The notes under the pieces: model-generated
The model's input: only the letters and a program-made list of their open reading frames with translations
The model's database searches: none
Told to the model about the DNA's origin: nothing
Translations under genes and position numbers: made by a program
Assembly: GCA_051013385.1 (NCBI GenBank)
Contig: CP143273.1
Span: 512,001-576,000 of the forward strand
DNA from: Phormidium sp.
GTDB taxonomy: Bacteria; Cyanobacteriota; Cyanobacteriia; Cyanobacteriales; Aerosakkonemataceae
Direction of reading: 5' to 3'
DNA length: 64,000 nt
Shown: in pieces, positions 53,722 through 63,719 of the stretch
Layout of the letters: each line of letters opens with the position of its first letter
How positions within the stretch are numbered: position 1 is the first letter of the stretch

Positions 53722-53960
53722 AAGTTATGCTCGTAAGACTCATGTTTAAAAGGATAGCGTTTTTTGGCAGAGGTTGGATGATGTGTGTTTGTTATATGCG
53801 ATCGCCCATCTCATACTTTCCGTCAAACCAAAAAAGTTATTGATGAGATAATTAAGTTAACTGTCGTCCGCCAGAAACCGGGTTTTTCTAAAAAACCCGG
53901 TTTCTTAAACTCTTTGAAACTGAATTTAGCTACTTAATGGTATGTGCGATCGCCCATTTC

Positions 53961-54026
53961 GTAAGGTGCGTCAGAGCAAAAAAGTTATTGATGAGATAAT
54001 TAAGTTAACTATCTGACGCATCCTAC
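53961..54026. repeat. REP doublet of the RAYT family
   Basis: Same arms; its GTAG end overlaps the TAG stop of the dynamin-like gene. Confidence 0.85.
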
Positions 54027-55690
54027 AAAGTTTTTAGTGAGTCTAATTGGCGATCGATATTTTCCAGACAAGCATTTAACAAAGTTAGTTGCGATCGCTT
54101 AGTAGTAACATCTAAAGGCAATTCTGGCATTTGAAAATTAATAAGTTTTTCGGCTTTTTCTTGATATTTTAGTAACTGCTCAAGGGATTCTTTGCTAAAG
54201 CGAATTAAATAATCTTTAGCAGCATCAGTATATAGCTGTAATAGTTGATTGTGATAACTTTTTTCTGTGGTTTGTTGATTTTCATTGTTAAGGCTTTTAT
54301 TCAAAATAAAAGCGGCACTACCAACAACAGCGGCACCCACAGGGCCACCCAAAACCCAACCTAAACCAGTGGCGACACCTACCGAAGCAGTGTCAGCAAA
54401 ACTGTCAGAATTGGTTGGTTTATTTGGCAAATTTACTTGGGGGTGAGTCGGGAATGAAATTGCGAGAGTTTCGGGTTGAGGACGATTGAAAAATTCGCTA
54501 GCTTGCGTCACCCATTTGACAATTGATTCTTGCAATTGAACCAATTTTGGTTGCAAAAAATTTCTTTCCCAATTGCTAAATTGACCTTGTTGCAGTGCCG
54601 CAGTAGCTTCCGATTGATAGCGGTATAAAAGTTTTTGCTCGTCTAGCCAGTTGCGTAATTCTAAAACGCTAGTAATAAAACCTTGTTTAATTAGTTTCTC
54701 TGCTTTTTGTTGAATCTCAATTTTGGCGTTGTGTTTGTTTTCAATAGTTTCTAATTCACTGGCGATGTTTTGTGCTTTTGCTTGCAAGGATTGTTTGATT
54801 TGATTAGCAATTGTAATTACACGAGGTAAACGAACATCTGCCATTTTTTCCTGTTTTGATGCTAAAATACTTTGCAAAGCAGATTCAAACATAACTAAAC
54901 CGCTACTTTGTGCGGCTGCAACATCACCTTTTAATCTCGATCTTAAGGCGGGAAGTGCATCAACTCGGTAAAGGTTACTGATGTTTGGCGGTAAATCTGC
55001 ACGGAAGCTTTCTGCTACAAATCGCAGGCGTTTGTAAACTTCTTTTTGGTCTTCTGGTTCCAATAAATTTAGGAAGTTAACTACAAAAACTATGCTTTTA
55101 ATGCCTCTATCTATTAACCAATCATGCAGCTTTTCTCGTTCAGTTAAAGTCATCAATTGACGAGCATCTAATACTTGAATGATTAAGTCTGCTGTTAGCA
55201 GTTTGTCACGAACTAATTTATCTTGTGCTTCTCTGTCATTTGTTCCTGGTAAGTCGAGTAATTCAACGTTATTTTCCAGGAGTGGATGAGGACAAAAAAC
55301 CTGCACTGAGGCGACATCTTCTCGCATTCTTCTGTCGCCATCTAAAATAGCAAATTCTTTAAGAATTTCTGTGCCATCTTGATTAATTTGTCTGCCATCT
55401 ATAAAGGTAATTTTAGTTTTTAGTTCCTCGCCGTATTTGACATAAATTGCTGCACCTGTTGTGGGTATAATATCAATTGGTAAGGCACGATTGCCGAGAA
55501 TGGCATTAATTAAGGTTGATTTGCCGTAATTAAATGGGCCGAAAACGGCTATTTGAAATCCTGGTTTCGATAGATGATTGCAGACGGAAATGGTATCTTG
55601 ATAAAGCTGAGAGTTTTTATCTATTTCCAGCAATCTTAATGCTGTTTGGAGATTATTTACTAATGTTTTATATTGGTTTCCTTGTTCCAT
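54023..55690 (-). CDS. Dynamin-like GTPase (short type)
   Basis: GPFNYGKST, PTT and DLPG G-motifs. Confidence 0.85.
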   Translation of the reverse strand: MEQGNQYKTLVNNLQTALRLLEIDKNSQLYQDTISVCNHLSKPGFQIAVFGPFNYGKSTLINAILGNRALPIDIIPTTGAAIYVKYGEELKTKITFIDGRQINQDGTEILKEFAILDGDRRMREDVASVQVFCPHPLLENNVELLDLPGTNDREAQDKLVRDKLLTADLIIQVLDARQLMTLTEREKLHDWLIDRGIKSIVFVVNFLNLLEPEDQKEVYKRLRFVAESFRADLPPNISNLYRVDALPALRSRLKGDVAAAQSSGLVMFESALQSILASKQEKMADVRLPRVITIANQIKQSLQAKAQNIASELETIENKHNAKIEIQQKAEKLIKQGFITSVLELRNWLDEQKLLYRYQSEATAALQQGQFSNWERNFLQPKLVQLQESIVKWVTQASEFFNRPQPETLAISFPTHPQVNLPNKPTNSDSFADTASVGVATGLGWVLGGPVGAAVVGSAAFILNKSLNNENQQTTEKSYHNQLLQLYTDAAKDYLIRFSKESLEQLLKYQEKAEKLINFQMPELPLDVTTKRSQLTLLNACLENIDRQLDSLKTL

Positions 55691-55757
55691 ATTACCACCC
55701 AGATTTTTTGCAAATGATTATAATATTTAACTCCCCTTGCGGGGAGTAAACAGTTAT

Positions 55758-57836
55758 TTAAGCAACAGCTTGGAGAAAATCATCGTAGACTGAATCGATT
55801 TTTTTGAAGTCAGAAAAAATGTCTGATTCAATAGTTTTGAGGCGTTTAAGTTCGTTATCTCGATTGATTTCGTAGGATTCTTTTTGTTTGAGTAAATTAT
55901 CTAGTTCGGCTTTGCGGGAGTTAATGTCATCGTTGATCCGATCGCTAATTTCCCTCTCATAAACATTAAAGCATTCTTTGACGGCATCGTGAATTGGTTG
56001 CCATTGTTCTTGCGCTACTTGGGGGAGGTGTTTTACTAACTCTTTTTTCGCCGCTTTTACTAATTCTTTTCTTGCTTGATCTGCTTGCAAAACTCCGATA
56101 CCCATTCCTAATAAAGCTAGGTATAATGGGCCTAAAACAATGCCAGTTACACTACCAATAATGGTGCTAATACCAAATACGGTAATTAAGTTTAACAGGA
56201 TATTTTTCCAATCAAATCCTGCACCCGCCATCGCTACACCTGCAACATTACCGCTAGCTAAGGAAAAAAGCCCCATTGCCCATTTTGCCCAAGCGGGAGA
56301 GTTATCTTCTGGTAATGAATTGCTTGCGGCTTGGACTTTTTTTCCGGTTAATTTCTCAGTAATTTTTTTAGTGACTTTGCTATAAGAAGCACCGTAATTT
56401 TCGGCACTTTTAGCTAATAAGAGAAATGCGCTATCCATTTCTTTTTCCGCAGTCAAACTCCAGGCGGAAAGCTTGTCATTAATGTATTGCTCGAAGGCTT
56501 GCTTGAGTGCATTTTCAAAGGCTTCTCTGCGGCTTTTACTTAAGAAGTCCATGAATTTTAAATCAGGTTGATAGCGGGTAAAGTCGGATTCAAAACTATT
56601 ACCTAAGTTTAGCACGTAATCACGGAAAGAATCTGCGATCGCTTTAGCTTTACTATCCCCCAAATTTTGAATTTCTTGCTTAAATTGATCGCGGATATTC
56701 GTCAAGTTTTTAAACTCTGGTTCAACGGAACTAATCTTTTCTTTCAACTGTTGAACATCTTGTTCTAACAAGGGAATTCGCCTTTCTACAGCTTCTTGCA
56801 CGCGGGTAGTAGTTTGACGCGCCAAAGTTCTCGCTTGTCGCAATTCGGAAATAGCCCTTTCTTTGGTTAAAAATGTATTGAGTGCGCCCATAAATTCGGG
56901 AAAACCTGTACCTTCTAGAGAAGCTAAAGGCTGTTTTAAACGTTTCCTTAATGCCTTAATTGCGGAAATTTCAAATACTCTTTCCTCATAAATATCTTGA
57001 CCATCTACCACGCAATATTCGCCTAAGTTAGCTTGGAAAACTCGCCGCAATCTATCTTCAGATTCTTGCAATTCTTCTAAATCGTCGGGATCAATTAAAC
57101 TTTCTCGAACTTGATCCCAAGCATTAATTAAGAAGAACACACTTAAACCCCGATCTTTGATATAGTTTTCTAAGTAGCGACGTTCCCCAAGCGTGCAAGG
57201 TTGGGATGCTCTTAAAACAAACAAAATTGCATGACAATTATTGATATAACCCAACGATAATTCGTTTCTTGCTTCTGTATCGTTTAACCCTGGACTATCA
57301 ACAATTTCTACACCTTTTTCTAACAAAGGTAATGGGTATTCTACTATGGCATAATCAACATCGGGAAAGGCTTGTTTCTTTTCTTGTTCCAGTCTTTTGG
57401 CTTCGGCAGGATCGATCGTATAATCTTGTTTAAAACTCTTAAAATCCAACTCTTTTGGACTTTTTCCATCTTTAAAATAAACCGTTACTTTCTTTTGGGG
57501 GCCATAGCGGAGTAGCGTTAATACTGCTGTACAGGGATTCACATCACTGGGTAATAAATTCTCGCCTATTAAGGCATTTAAAAATGTGCTTTTTCCTCGT
57601 TTCATATCGCCTAAAACTAGCAGACGAAATACACCTTTTTGGTAGTTTTGACTAGCTATTTTGACATCTTCTATTTCTCTTTCTAAACCAAGCGCCCCAG
57701 AAGATTTTTTGCCTTCCATTTCGGCTTTTTCCAGAGTTTCAGTCATGCAGTTGAAGGCTTTAGCTACTTCGCTGCGTGCTTGGGCAACTTTTTCCAAATC
57801 GTGAAGAAAACGGTCAGTTTCAATTTTGTTACTCAT
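55758..57836 (-). CDS. Bacterial dynamin-like protein (BDLP type)
   Basis: GDMKRGKST, PCTA, DSPG and NAWD motifs with a hydrophobic paddle; resembles Nostoc BDLP. Confidence 0.92.
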   Translation of the reverse strand: MSNKIETDRFLHDLEKVAQARSEVAKAFNCMTETLEKAEMEGKKSSGALGLEREIEDVKIASQNYQKGVFRLLVLGDMKRGKSTFLNALIGENLLPSDVNPCTAVLTLLRYGPQKKVTVYFKDGKSPKELDFKSFKQDYTIDPAEAKRLEQEKKQAFPDVDYAIVEYPLPLLEKGVEIVDSPGLNDTEARNELSLGYINNCHAILFVLRASQPCTLGERRYLENYIKDRGLSVFFLINAWDQVRESLIDPDDLEELQESEDRLRRVFQANLGEYCVVDGQDIYEERVFEISAIKALRKRLKQPLASLEGTGFPEFMGALNTFLTKERAISELRQARTLARQTTTRVQEAVERRIPLLEQDVQQLKEKISSVEPEFKNLTNIRDQFKQEIQNLGDSKAKAIADSFRDYVLNLGNSFESDFTRYQPDLKFMDFLSKSRREAFENALKQAFEQYINDKLSAWSLTAEKEMDSAFLLLAKSAENYGASYSKVTKKITEKLTGKKVQAASNSLPEDNSPAWAKWAMGLFSLASGNVAGVAMAGAGFDWKNILLNLITVFGISTIIGSVTGIVLGPLYLALLGMGIGVLQADQARKELVKAAKKELVKHLPQVAQEQWQPIHDAVKECFNVYEREISDRINDDINSRKAELDNLLKQKESYEINRDNELKRLKTIESDIFSDFKKIDSVYDDFLQAVA

Positions 57837-57890
57837 TTCGTGGCACCAATAAATGTAACAGAGGCAAGTGTAATTTCTATTCCCAGGATA

Positions 57891-59966
57891 TCACGCATAA
57901 TATGAAGTTAAGCCTTCATAAACTGATTCTAAGTTCTGATATTCGGATAAAATCTCAGTGTCTAGAGTTCTCAGGCGATTGGATTCAGCATGGTAATTAA
58001 TTTCTTGTGATTCCTTTTGTTTGAGCAAGTTATCTAACTCTGCTTGCCGAGATTTGATGTCTTCATTGATCCGTTTGTTGACTTCTTGTTCATAGCTATT
58101 AAAACAGTCTTTAACAGCTTGATGAATGGGTTCCCATTGTTGTTGTGCTAGTTGGGGAAGATATTTGACAAACTCTTTTTTGGTGGCTTTAATAATTTCT
58201 TTCCTGGCTTGATCTGCTTGGAAAGCGCCTATTCCTAAGCCAACTAAAGCAATTCCAATCGGGCCTAAAAATGTGCCAGTGAAAATTAGCAAAAAGCTAC
58301 TAATTCCAATTGCAGCTAGCCAGTTTACTAAAATGTTTTTCCAGTCAAAACCAGCACCAGCTAAGGCTATACCAGCAACGTTACCTGTGATTAATGAGAA
58401 AAATCCCATTGCCCAACTTGCCCAACTGAGAGACTCGTTTTCATAACCTAAATTTCGTCCGGCAAATACGTTTCCGGTTAATTTTTCGCTGATTGTGTTG
58501 GCTACTTTGGTATATGCTGAACCATACTCAGCCGCCGTTCTAGATAAGATAGCAAAGCCATCATGTATTTCTCGTTCAGCAGTTAGTTCCCAAGCGGAAA
58601 TTTTGTCTTTTATGTATTGTTCAAATGCTCGTTTACAAGCGGCGTTAAATTCTTCTCTTCTATCTTGAATTAAAGAATCTAGAAATCCTATTGTTGGTTG
58701 ATATTGTAAAAAATCTGTTTCAAAAGTATTGCCTAAATTCAAAATGTAAGAACGGAAAGAATCGGCGATCGCTCTTGCCTTACTATCTCTCATATTGATA
58801 ATATCACCTTGGAAGCGATCGCGAATTTCCATCAATTCCTTAAACTCTGGTTCAACTGAATTAATCCGCCTTTTCAACTCCTCAACGTCTTGCCCTAACA
58901 AAGGTATTCGCCTTTCAATTGCCTCATGTACATGATTGTAAATTAGGCGGGCTAAGGTTTTAGTTTGGCGCAATTCTGCGATCGCTCTTTCCCTCGTTAA
59001 AAAGGTATTCAAAGCAGTAATAAACTCTGGAAATCCCGTTCCTTCTAAAGCACTTTCCGGGTTTTTTATCCGTTGCCGCAAAGCTTTTAAAGAGTAAATT
59101 TCAAACACTCTTTCATCATAAATATCAAACCCTTCCACCTGACAATATTCAGTCAAATAGTTCTTAAATACTTGCCGCACCTTTTCTTCAGCCGCTTCTG
59201 TTGCTTCAGTATCATCAGGATCAATTAATCCCTTGGTGATTTCATCCCAAGCATTAATTAAAAAGAAAACTGTTAAACCTCGACCTTTAATATAATTTTC
59301 TAAGTAACGCCGTTCTGCCAAAGTGCAAGGTTGATCGGCTCTAAATACAAATAGAATTGCGTGGCAATTATTGATGTAACTTAGCGATAATTTGTTCAGC
59401 GCTTCTGTATCATTTAACCCCGGACTATCAACAATTTCAATTCCTTTTTCTAACAAAGGTAAAGGATACTCTACCACCGCATACTCTACATTAGGAAAAG
59501 CTAATTTTTTGTCGGCTTCTAATTTTTTAGCTTCATCTGGATCGATGGTATATTCTTGTTTAAAAGTAGCAAAATCTAGCCGTTTGGCAGGTTGGTCATC
59601 TTTAAAATAAACTGTCACCTTCTTTTGGGAGCCATAACGCAAAACTGTCAACACTGCCGTACAAGGATTGACATCACTAGGTAACAAATTCTCGCCAATT
59701 AAAGCATTGAGAAAAGTGCTTTTTCCCCGTTTCATGTCACCCAAAACTAACAGTCGAAATACACCTTTTTGAATGTTTTTTCTGGCTAAATCTATATCTT
59801 CTATATCTTTAGCTAAACCTAATCCACCCGAAGCAGTTTCTCCTAGAGTTTCAGATGTTTTGAGAGTAGCGGACATCTTACTTAAAGATTGAGCGAAATC
59901 AGCACGGGCTTTGGCGAGTTGATCTAAATCTCTAATAAAACTTCCAGATTCAGTTTTGTAAGTCAT
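57891..59966 (-). CDS. Bacterial dynamin-like protein (BDLP type), paralog
   Basis: Same motifs; colinear with 55758-57836. Confidence 0.92.
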   Translation of the reverse strand: MTYKTESGSFIRDLDQLAKARADFAQSLSKMSATLKTSETLGETASGGLGLAKDIEDIDLARKNIQKGVFRLLVLGDMKRGKSTFLNALIGENLLPSDVNPCTAVLTVLRYGSQKKVTVYFKDDQPAKRLDFATFKQEYTIDPDEAKKLEADKKLAFPNVEYAVVEYPLPLLEKGIEIVDSPGLNDTEALNKLSLSYINNCHAILFVFRADQPCTLAERRYLENYIKGRGLTVFFLINAWDEITKGLIDPDDTEATEAAEEKVRQVFKNYLTEYCQVEGFDIYDERVFEIYSLKALRQRIKNPESALEGTGFPEFITALNTFLTRERAIAELRQTKTLARLIYNHVHEAIERRIPLLGQDVEELKRRINSVEPEFKELMEIRDRFQGDIINMRDSKARAIADSFRSYILNLGNTFETDFLQYQPTIGFLDSLIQDRREEFNAACKRAFEQYIKDKISAWELTAEREIHDGFAILSRTAAEYGSAYTKVANTISEKLTGNVFAGRNLGYENESLSWASWAMGFFSLITGNVAGIALAGAGFDWKNILVNWLAAIGISSFLLIFTGTFLGPIGIALVGLGIGAFQADQARKEIIKATKKEFVKYLPQLAQQQWEPIHQAVKDCFNSYEQEVNKRINEDIKSRQAELDNLLKQKESQEINYHAESNRLRTLDTEILSEYQNLESVYEGLTSYYA

Positions 59967-60005
59967 AATTTTGCACTAATTTAGTTGATTGTTAAGATAT
60001 ATCAA

Positions 60006-60123
60006 GTTTGTTGTAACGACTTTAGTCGTTTGAAGGACTAAAGTCCTCACAACGAACCAGTTTGTTGTAACGACTTCAGTCGTTTCTTGAGGACAAAATA
60101 GCACTAAAGTGCTCACAACGAAC
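60006..60123. repeat. Two tandem REP-like palindromes
   Basis: GTTTGTTGTAACGACTT.AGTCG...ACTAAAGT.CTCACAACGAAC occurs twice. Confidence 0.75.
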
Positions 60124-60230
60124 TAGGATACCATTACTATCAGTTTCGACTATCCAAATTTAGCTTTATTAACTCTCTACTGCCAAGAGGGATGCGATTT
60201 TAAATAAAGGTAAAAATACCCAAAAAGTAG

Positions 60231-61046
60231 CTATTTAATGGCGTAAGTGACGCTAATTTGACTTCTTACTTGTACCTCTGGCAGGGCAGATGGGTCATAA
60301 GGGGGAATACTTTGATTAATGTTAGAAAAAGGTGAAAGGGGAACAGCTTGTTTTGTGCCGCAAGCGGAAACAGAAGGGGGACTAACGATCGGATAAACTG
60401 TTACTAACAGCAATTCTCCTAATTGCACGCCCATTTCTAATGCCACACTTCGCACTTGAGTTTCTGCATCTCTAATAGCGTTGCGGCGTGCATTACTTTC
60501 TAATGGTTGACAGTTATTTACGGCATATTCAGCACTAATACCTTGTATAAATAATTGGTTGCTAGTTTCTGTTGCTAAATTCGCTGTTTTAACGACTTCC
60601 TGCATTCTTTCGCGAGTCGGTTTCGCAATGTTTACGAATAACTTAGGATTTTCTAAAGAACTAGTTTGAATTTCAATATTATTAGCTGGAACTGCGATCG
60701 AAACTAAAGCATCAACCACAGGTTTTAAAGGTTCTTCAGCTGGAGAAACTGTACCCTCCGTAACTGAAGGAGTGCTTCTTGCAGGGGTATCCAAAGGATT
60801 GCGGGAAGCAAAGCGAAATTCCAAGCGGGCGGTATCTGCGGGGGCACGTACTTGACCTTGACCAATTACAGTTATGGCACGTTGGTTAATTAAAAGTTGC
60901 GGCATAACGCCATTCGTAACTTGAGATACATTAATTTTATTTGTGGGATTTTCGGCAAGGCTGGTTTTGCTAGCTGATATCCATAGCCCCGTCACCACTA
61001 CGGCAGAAACCAGAGTTTTAGATAATACTGTTAAGAATCGATACAT
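60231..61046 (-). CDS. SIMPL (DUF541) domain protein
   Basis: Signal peptide, ITVIGQGQVRAPADTA, ARRNAIRDA and SVTYAI motifs. Confidence 0.8.
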   Translation of the reverse strand: MYRFLTVLSKTLVSAVVVTGLWISASKTSLAENPTNKINVSQVTNGVMPQLLINQRAITVIGQGQVRAPADTARLEFRFASRNPLDTPARSTPSVTEGTVSPAEEPLKPVVDALVSIAVPANNIEIQTSSLENPKLFVNIAKPTRERMQEVVKTANLATETSNQLFIQGISAEYAVNNCQPLESNARRNAIRDAETQVRSVALEMGVQLGELLLVTVYPIVSPPSVSACGTKQAVPLSPFSNINQSIPPYDPSALPEVQVRSQISVTYAIK

Positions 61047-61190
61047 TTTGTTTTGCGACTAAACATTAATGTAAATGCCGAAATTGCGTTATTTTACCCA
61101 AAATTTCGCTGCCCCCTGTCATCTTAAGGTGTATCCAATTTAGAATATGGCTATAAAACAAATTACAAATCCTTGTATGAGGAACTAGCT

Positions 61191-61598
61191 ATGGCGACCA
61201 TAAATGATAATCAACAAAATGAGCAAATTGCCACCCTCTCTCCAACTTCCGAAGCTGTGACTACGCGGATTCGACCTTGGGGAACTGTTACTCTTTTGGA
61301 GGAAACCGATCGCTACAGGATTAATCGCATTGAACTGAAACCAGGTCATCATATTAGCACTCAGATGCACTATCACCGCAGCGAACACTGGATTGTAGTT
61401 TCTGGTACAGCTAGGGTTCTTTGTAATGGAAAAGAAACTCTGCTAATGCAAAAACAGTCTACTTATGTTCCTGCTTCTACACCTCATCGGGTGGAAAATC
61501 CGGGAGTTATTCCCCTGGTTATGATTGAAGTTCAAAATGGAGAATATCTTGGGGAAGATGATATTATTCGTTTCTCCGAAGATCCAGATAGTCATTAG
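61191..61598 (+). CDS. Cupin, type II mannose-6-phosphate isomerase C-terminal domain
   Basis: RPWG, QMHYHRSEHW and IEVQNGEYLGEDDIIRF motifs. Confidence 0.9.
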   Translation: MATINDNQQNEQIATLSPTSEAVTTRIRPWGTVTLLEETDRYRINRIELKPGHHISTQMHYHRSEHWIVVSGTARVLCNGKETLLMQKQSTYVPASTPHRVENPGVIPLVMIEVQNGEYLGEDDIIRFSEDPDSH

Positions 61599-61692
61599 AA
61601 TTTTCGCTGTGATTCGGGAAAAAGGGAAAAGTATTTTCCTTCAGCTTTACCCTTTCTCCTGAATAAAACTCAGAATTCTATTGACGATGAAC

Positions 61693-61926
61693 TCAAATCC
61701 AATTGACATCACGCAGCCAAGGCCAAATCCCTGTGTGTCTTCTCAGAGTGACATTTTCACTATGTTCGGAAATGACATCTCTGAGTTCTTGAGTTGTAAA
61801 AGTGTAATTCAATTTTTCCGCTATTTTAATGAAATCTTCCGGGTTACTAGCTTCTTTCATCTTTTCTCTTAAGGACAAATCGCTAGTAGCATCTTGTAGG
61901 AATTTGTGGGCACTTTCTTTGGTCAT
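61693..61926 (-). CDS. Nif11-like leader domain protein
   Basis: MTKESAHKFL...LREKM...FIKIAEKLNYTFTTQEL; start taken at 61926. Confidence 0.7.
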   Translation of the reverse strand: MTKESAHKFLQDATSDLSLREKMKEASNPEDFIKIAEKLNYTFTTQELRDVISEHSENVTLRRHTGIWPWLRDVNWI

Positions 61927-62148
61927 TTTTTGAAAATACCTTATTAATAACAACCTATCTAATTTAACCTTAAACAGTATAACAATTAAGTTCCCAATTA
62001 CCAAACAAAAATTCCAAATAAACCCGGTCAAGAGGTTTGTAGATGGAGATTATAGCAATTTAAACCTCCTAGCAACCGGGTTGATTTTGGCTCGTCGCCC
62101 AAATGCGATAGACTTTCACACTTTGGCAGTGGGAAAATAATTCAGAGG

Positions 62149-62499
62149 TTAACGATTTTTGTCCAGCAGGTTTTCAAATTCTGCCTTGAGTGATTTGACA
62201 TTGGCAACTCTTCCGACTAAGAGATTTTCGCTTCCGGCATCTTTTAAGCGTTCTTTCCAATATTTGATACTATCAGAGTTATTTACCCAGAAATTAACTA
62301 TCGTGTTGATTACGTCATCTAAATCCCAACCTCGGTAATTAGGAACATTTTCTACAGATTGAATTAATGCGTCCAGGGTACATTTGTATGCGGCGACATA
62401 TTCCACTCCGGTCTGAGATTTTTGTTCTTTTCTTTCTTGTTGTTGATTAAAAAAGTATAAAATTGGAGAGACTCCGAGAATGTCGAAAGTGTACTTCAT
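62149..62499 (-). CDS. Conserved cyanobacterial hypothetical protein
   Basis: 116 aa ORF with GGAG/AGAGG RBS; MKYTFDILGVSP, CTLDALI and W-rich motifs. Confidence 0.7.
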   Translation of the reverse strand: MKYTFDILGVSPILYFFNQQQERKEQKSQTGVEYVAAYKCTLDALIQSVENVPNYRGWDLDDVINTIVNFWVNNSDSIKYWKERLKDAGSENLLVGRVANVKSLKAEFENLLDKNR

Positions 62500-62536
62500 T
62501 CCTCTACTCCTAATCTAAGAGACTTAGGCTTATTTG

Positions 62537-63475
62537 ATGTCTTATATAGCAAATTTTTCCAATTTTGGGGTGACGAATTTTCAAGGGGAACTGGCGGCGC
62601 TAAGTGCGGCTTTTCTGTGGGCGATCGCTTCTGTGGTGTGGTCAAAGGTGGGACAACGCATTGGGCCACTGGAGTTAAATTTCCTTAAAGGTGCGATCGC
62701 AATTGTTTTTTTAGTAGTCACGCTGTTGCTGTCAGAACAGAGTTTACCAGCGATCGATCCTTTAGCTTTTTGGTTATTGTTACTCAGTGGCGCGATCGGA
62801 ATTGCGATCGCAGATACAGCTTTATTTGCGGCGCTTAACTCTTTAGGGGCAAGACGCACATTGTTATTAAAAATACTAACCTCGCCATTAGTAGCTTTAA
62901 TAGCTTTAGTTTTTTTACAAGAAACTCTCTCCGTTGCCGCTTGGTGCGGAATTTTTCTCACCCTATTAGGAGTAGCTTGGGTAGTTAGCGAAAGAGTTCC
63001 AGTAACAAATGGCAAAGAAGAGTTTTTTTGGCAAGGTATTCTTTGGGCGATGGTATCAACTGTAGGAGATGCGATCGCTGCAATTTTATCCCGTCTCGCA
63101 CTAACTCAAACCACAATTAGTCCCCTGTGGAGTACCCTAATTAGAATAACAACTGGACAGTTATTACTGCTAATTTTGCTATTAATAATCAACCTAAAAC
63201 TTAAGAAAAATTCAATTCTGAAATCCCAACCTGTGTTCACAATCAAATTATGGGGAATCATTACTTTTACTTCCTTTATTGGCACTTACTTAGGCATTTG
63301 GTTACAACAAATTTCCCTAAAATTTGCCCCGGCTGGAATTGCCCAAACCTTAAACGCCACTAGTCCACTTTTTGTTTTACCCATTGCAATTTGGCTGGGA
63401 GAAAAAGTCAGTTTTCGCGCCATTGCTGGAGTCTTGTTAGCTTTAGTGGGTATATCATTATTGTTGAGATTTTAA
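62537..63475 (+). CDS. DMT/EamA family transporter
   Basis: GELAALSAAFLWA, about ten TM segments, and two EamA repeats (FLQE, WLGEK). Confidence 0.9.
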   Translation: MSYIANFSNFGVTNFQGELAALSAAFLWAIASVVWSKVGQRIGPLELNFLKGAIAIVFLVVTLLLSEQSLPAIDPLAFWLLLLSGAIGIAIADTALFAALNSLGARRTLLLKILTSPLVALIALVFLQETLSVAAWCGIFLTLLGVAWVVSERVPVTNGKEEFFWQGILWAMVSTVGDAIAAILSRLALTQTTISPLWSTLIRITTGQLLLLILLLIINLKLKKNSILKSQPVFTIKLWGIITFTSFIGTYLGIWLQQISLKFAPAGIAQTLNATSPLFVLPIAIWLGEKVSFRAIAGVLLALVGISLLLRF

Positions 63476-63557
63476 TCATTACCCAGATCCCCTTACCCAG
63501 ATCCCCGACTTCGCAGAAGTTGTCGGGGATCTATATTCACAGGGAAGAAGTATCTCC

Positions 63558-63719
63558 AATTATTATGCAAAGTTTGGCTTTCAAACAGCAAGTAAATTTG
63601 GTGTGCAAGCGCCTTTTCCAGTTCCAGATGAAGCATTTATGATTTTGGGACTAAAACCTGATGCTTGGCATAATGTGGGCGGAACTGTCCGCTACCCCGC
63701 TTACTTCAATGAAGTTTAA
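63558..63719 (+). pseudogene. C-terminal fragment of a YhbS-like GNAT acetyltransferase
   Basis: NYYAKFGFQTASKFGVQAPFPVPDEAFMILGL...GTVRYPAYFNEV*; N-terminal half absent, REP-like hairpin at about 63499-63532. Confidence 0.7.
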
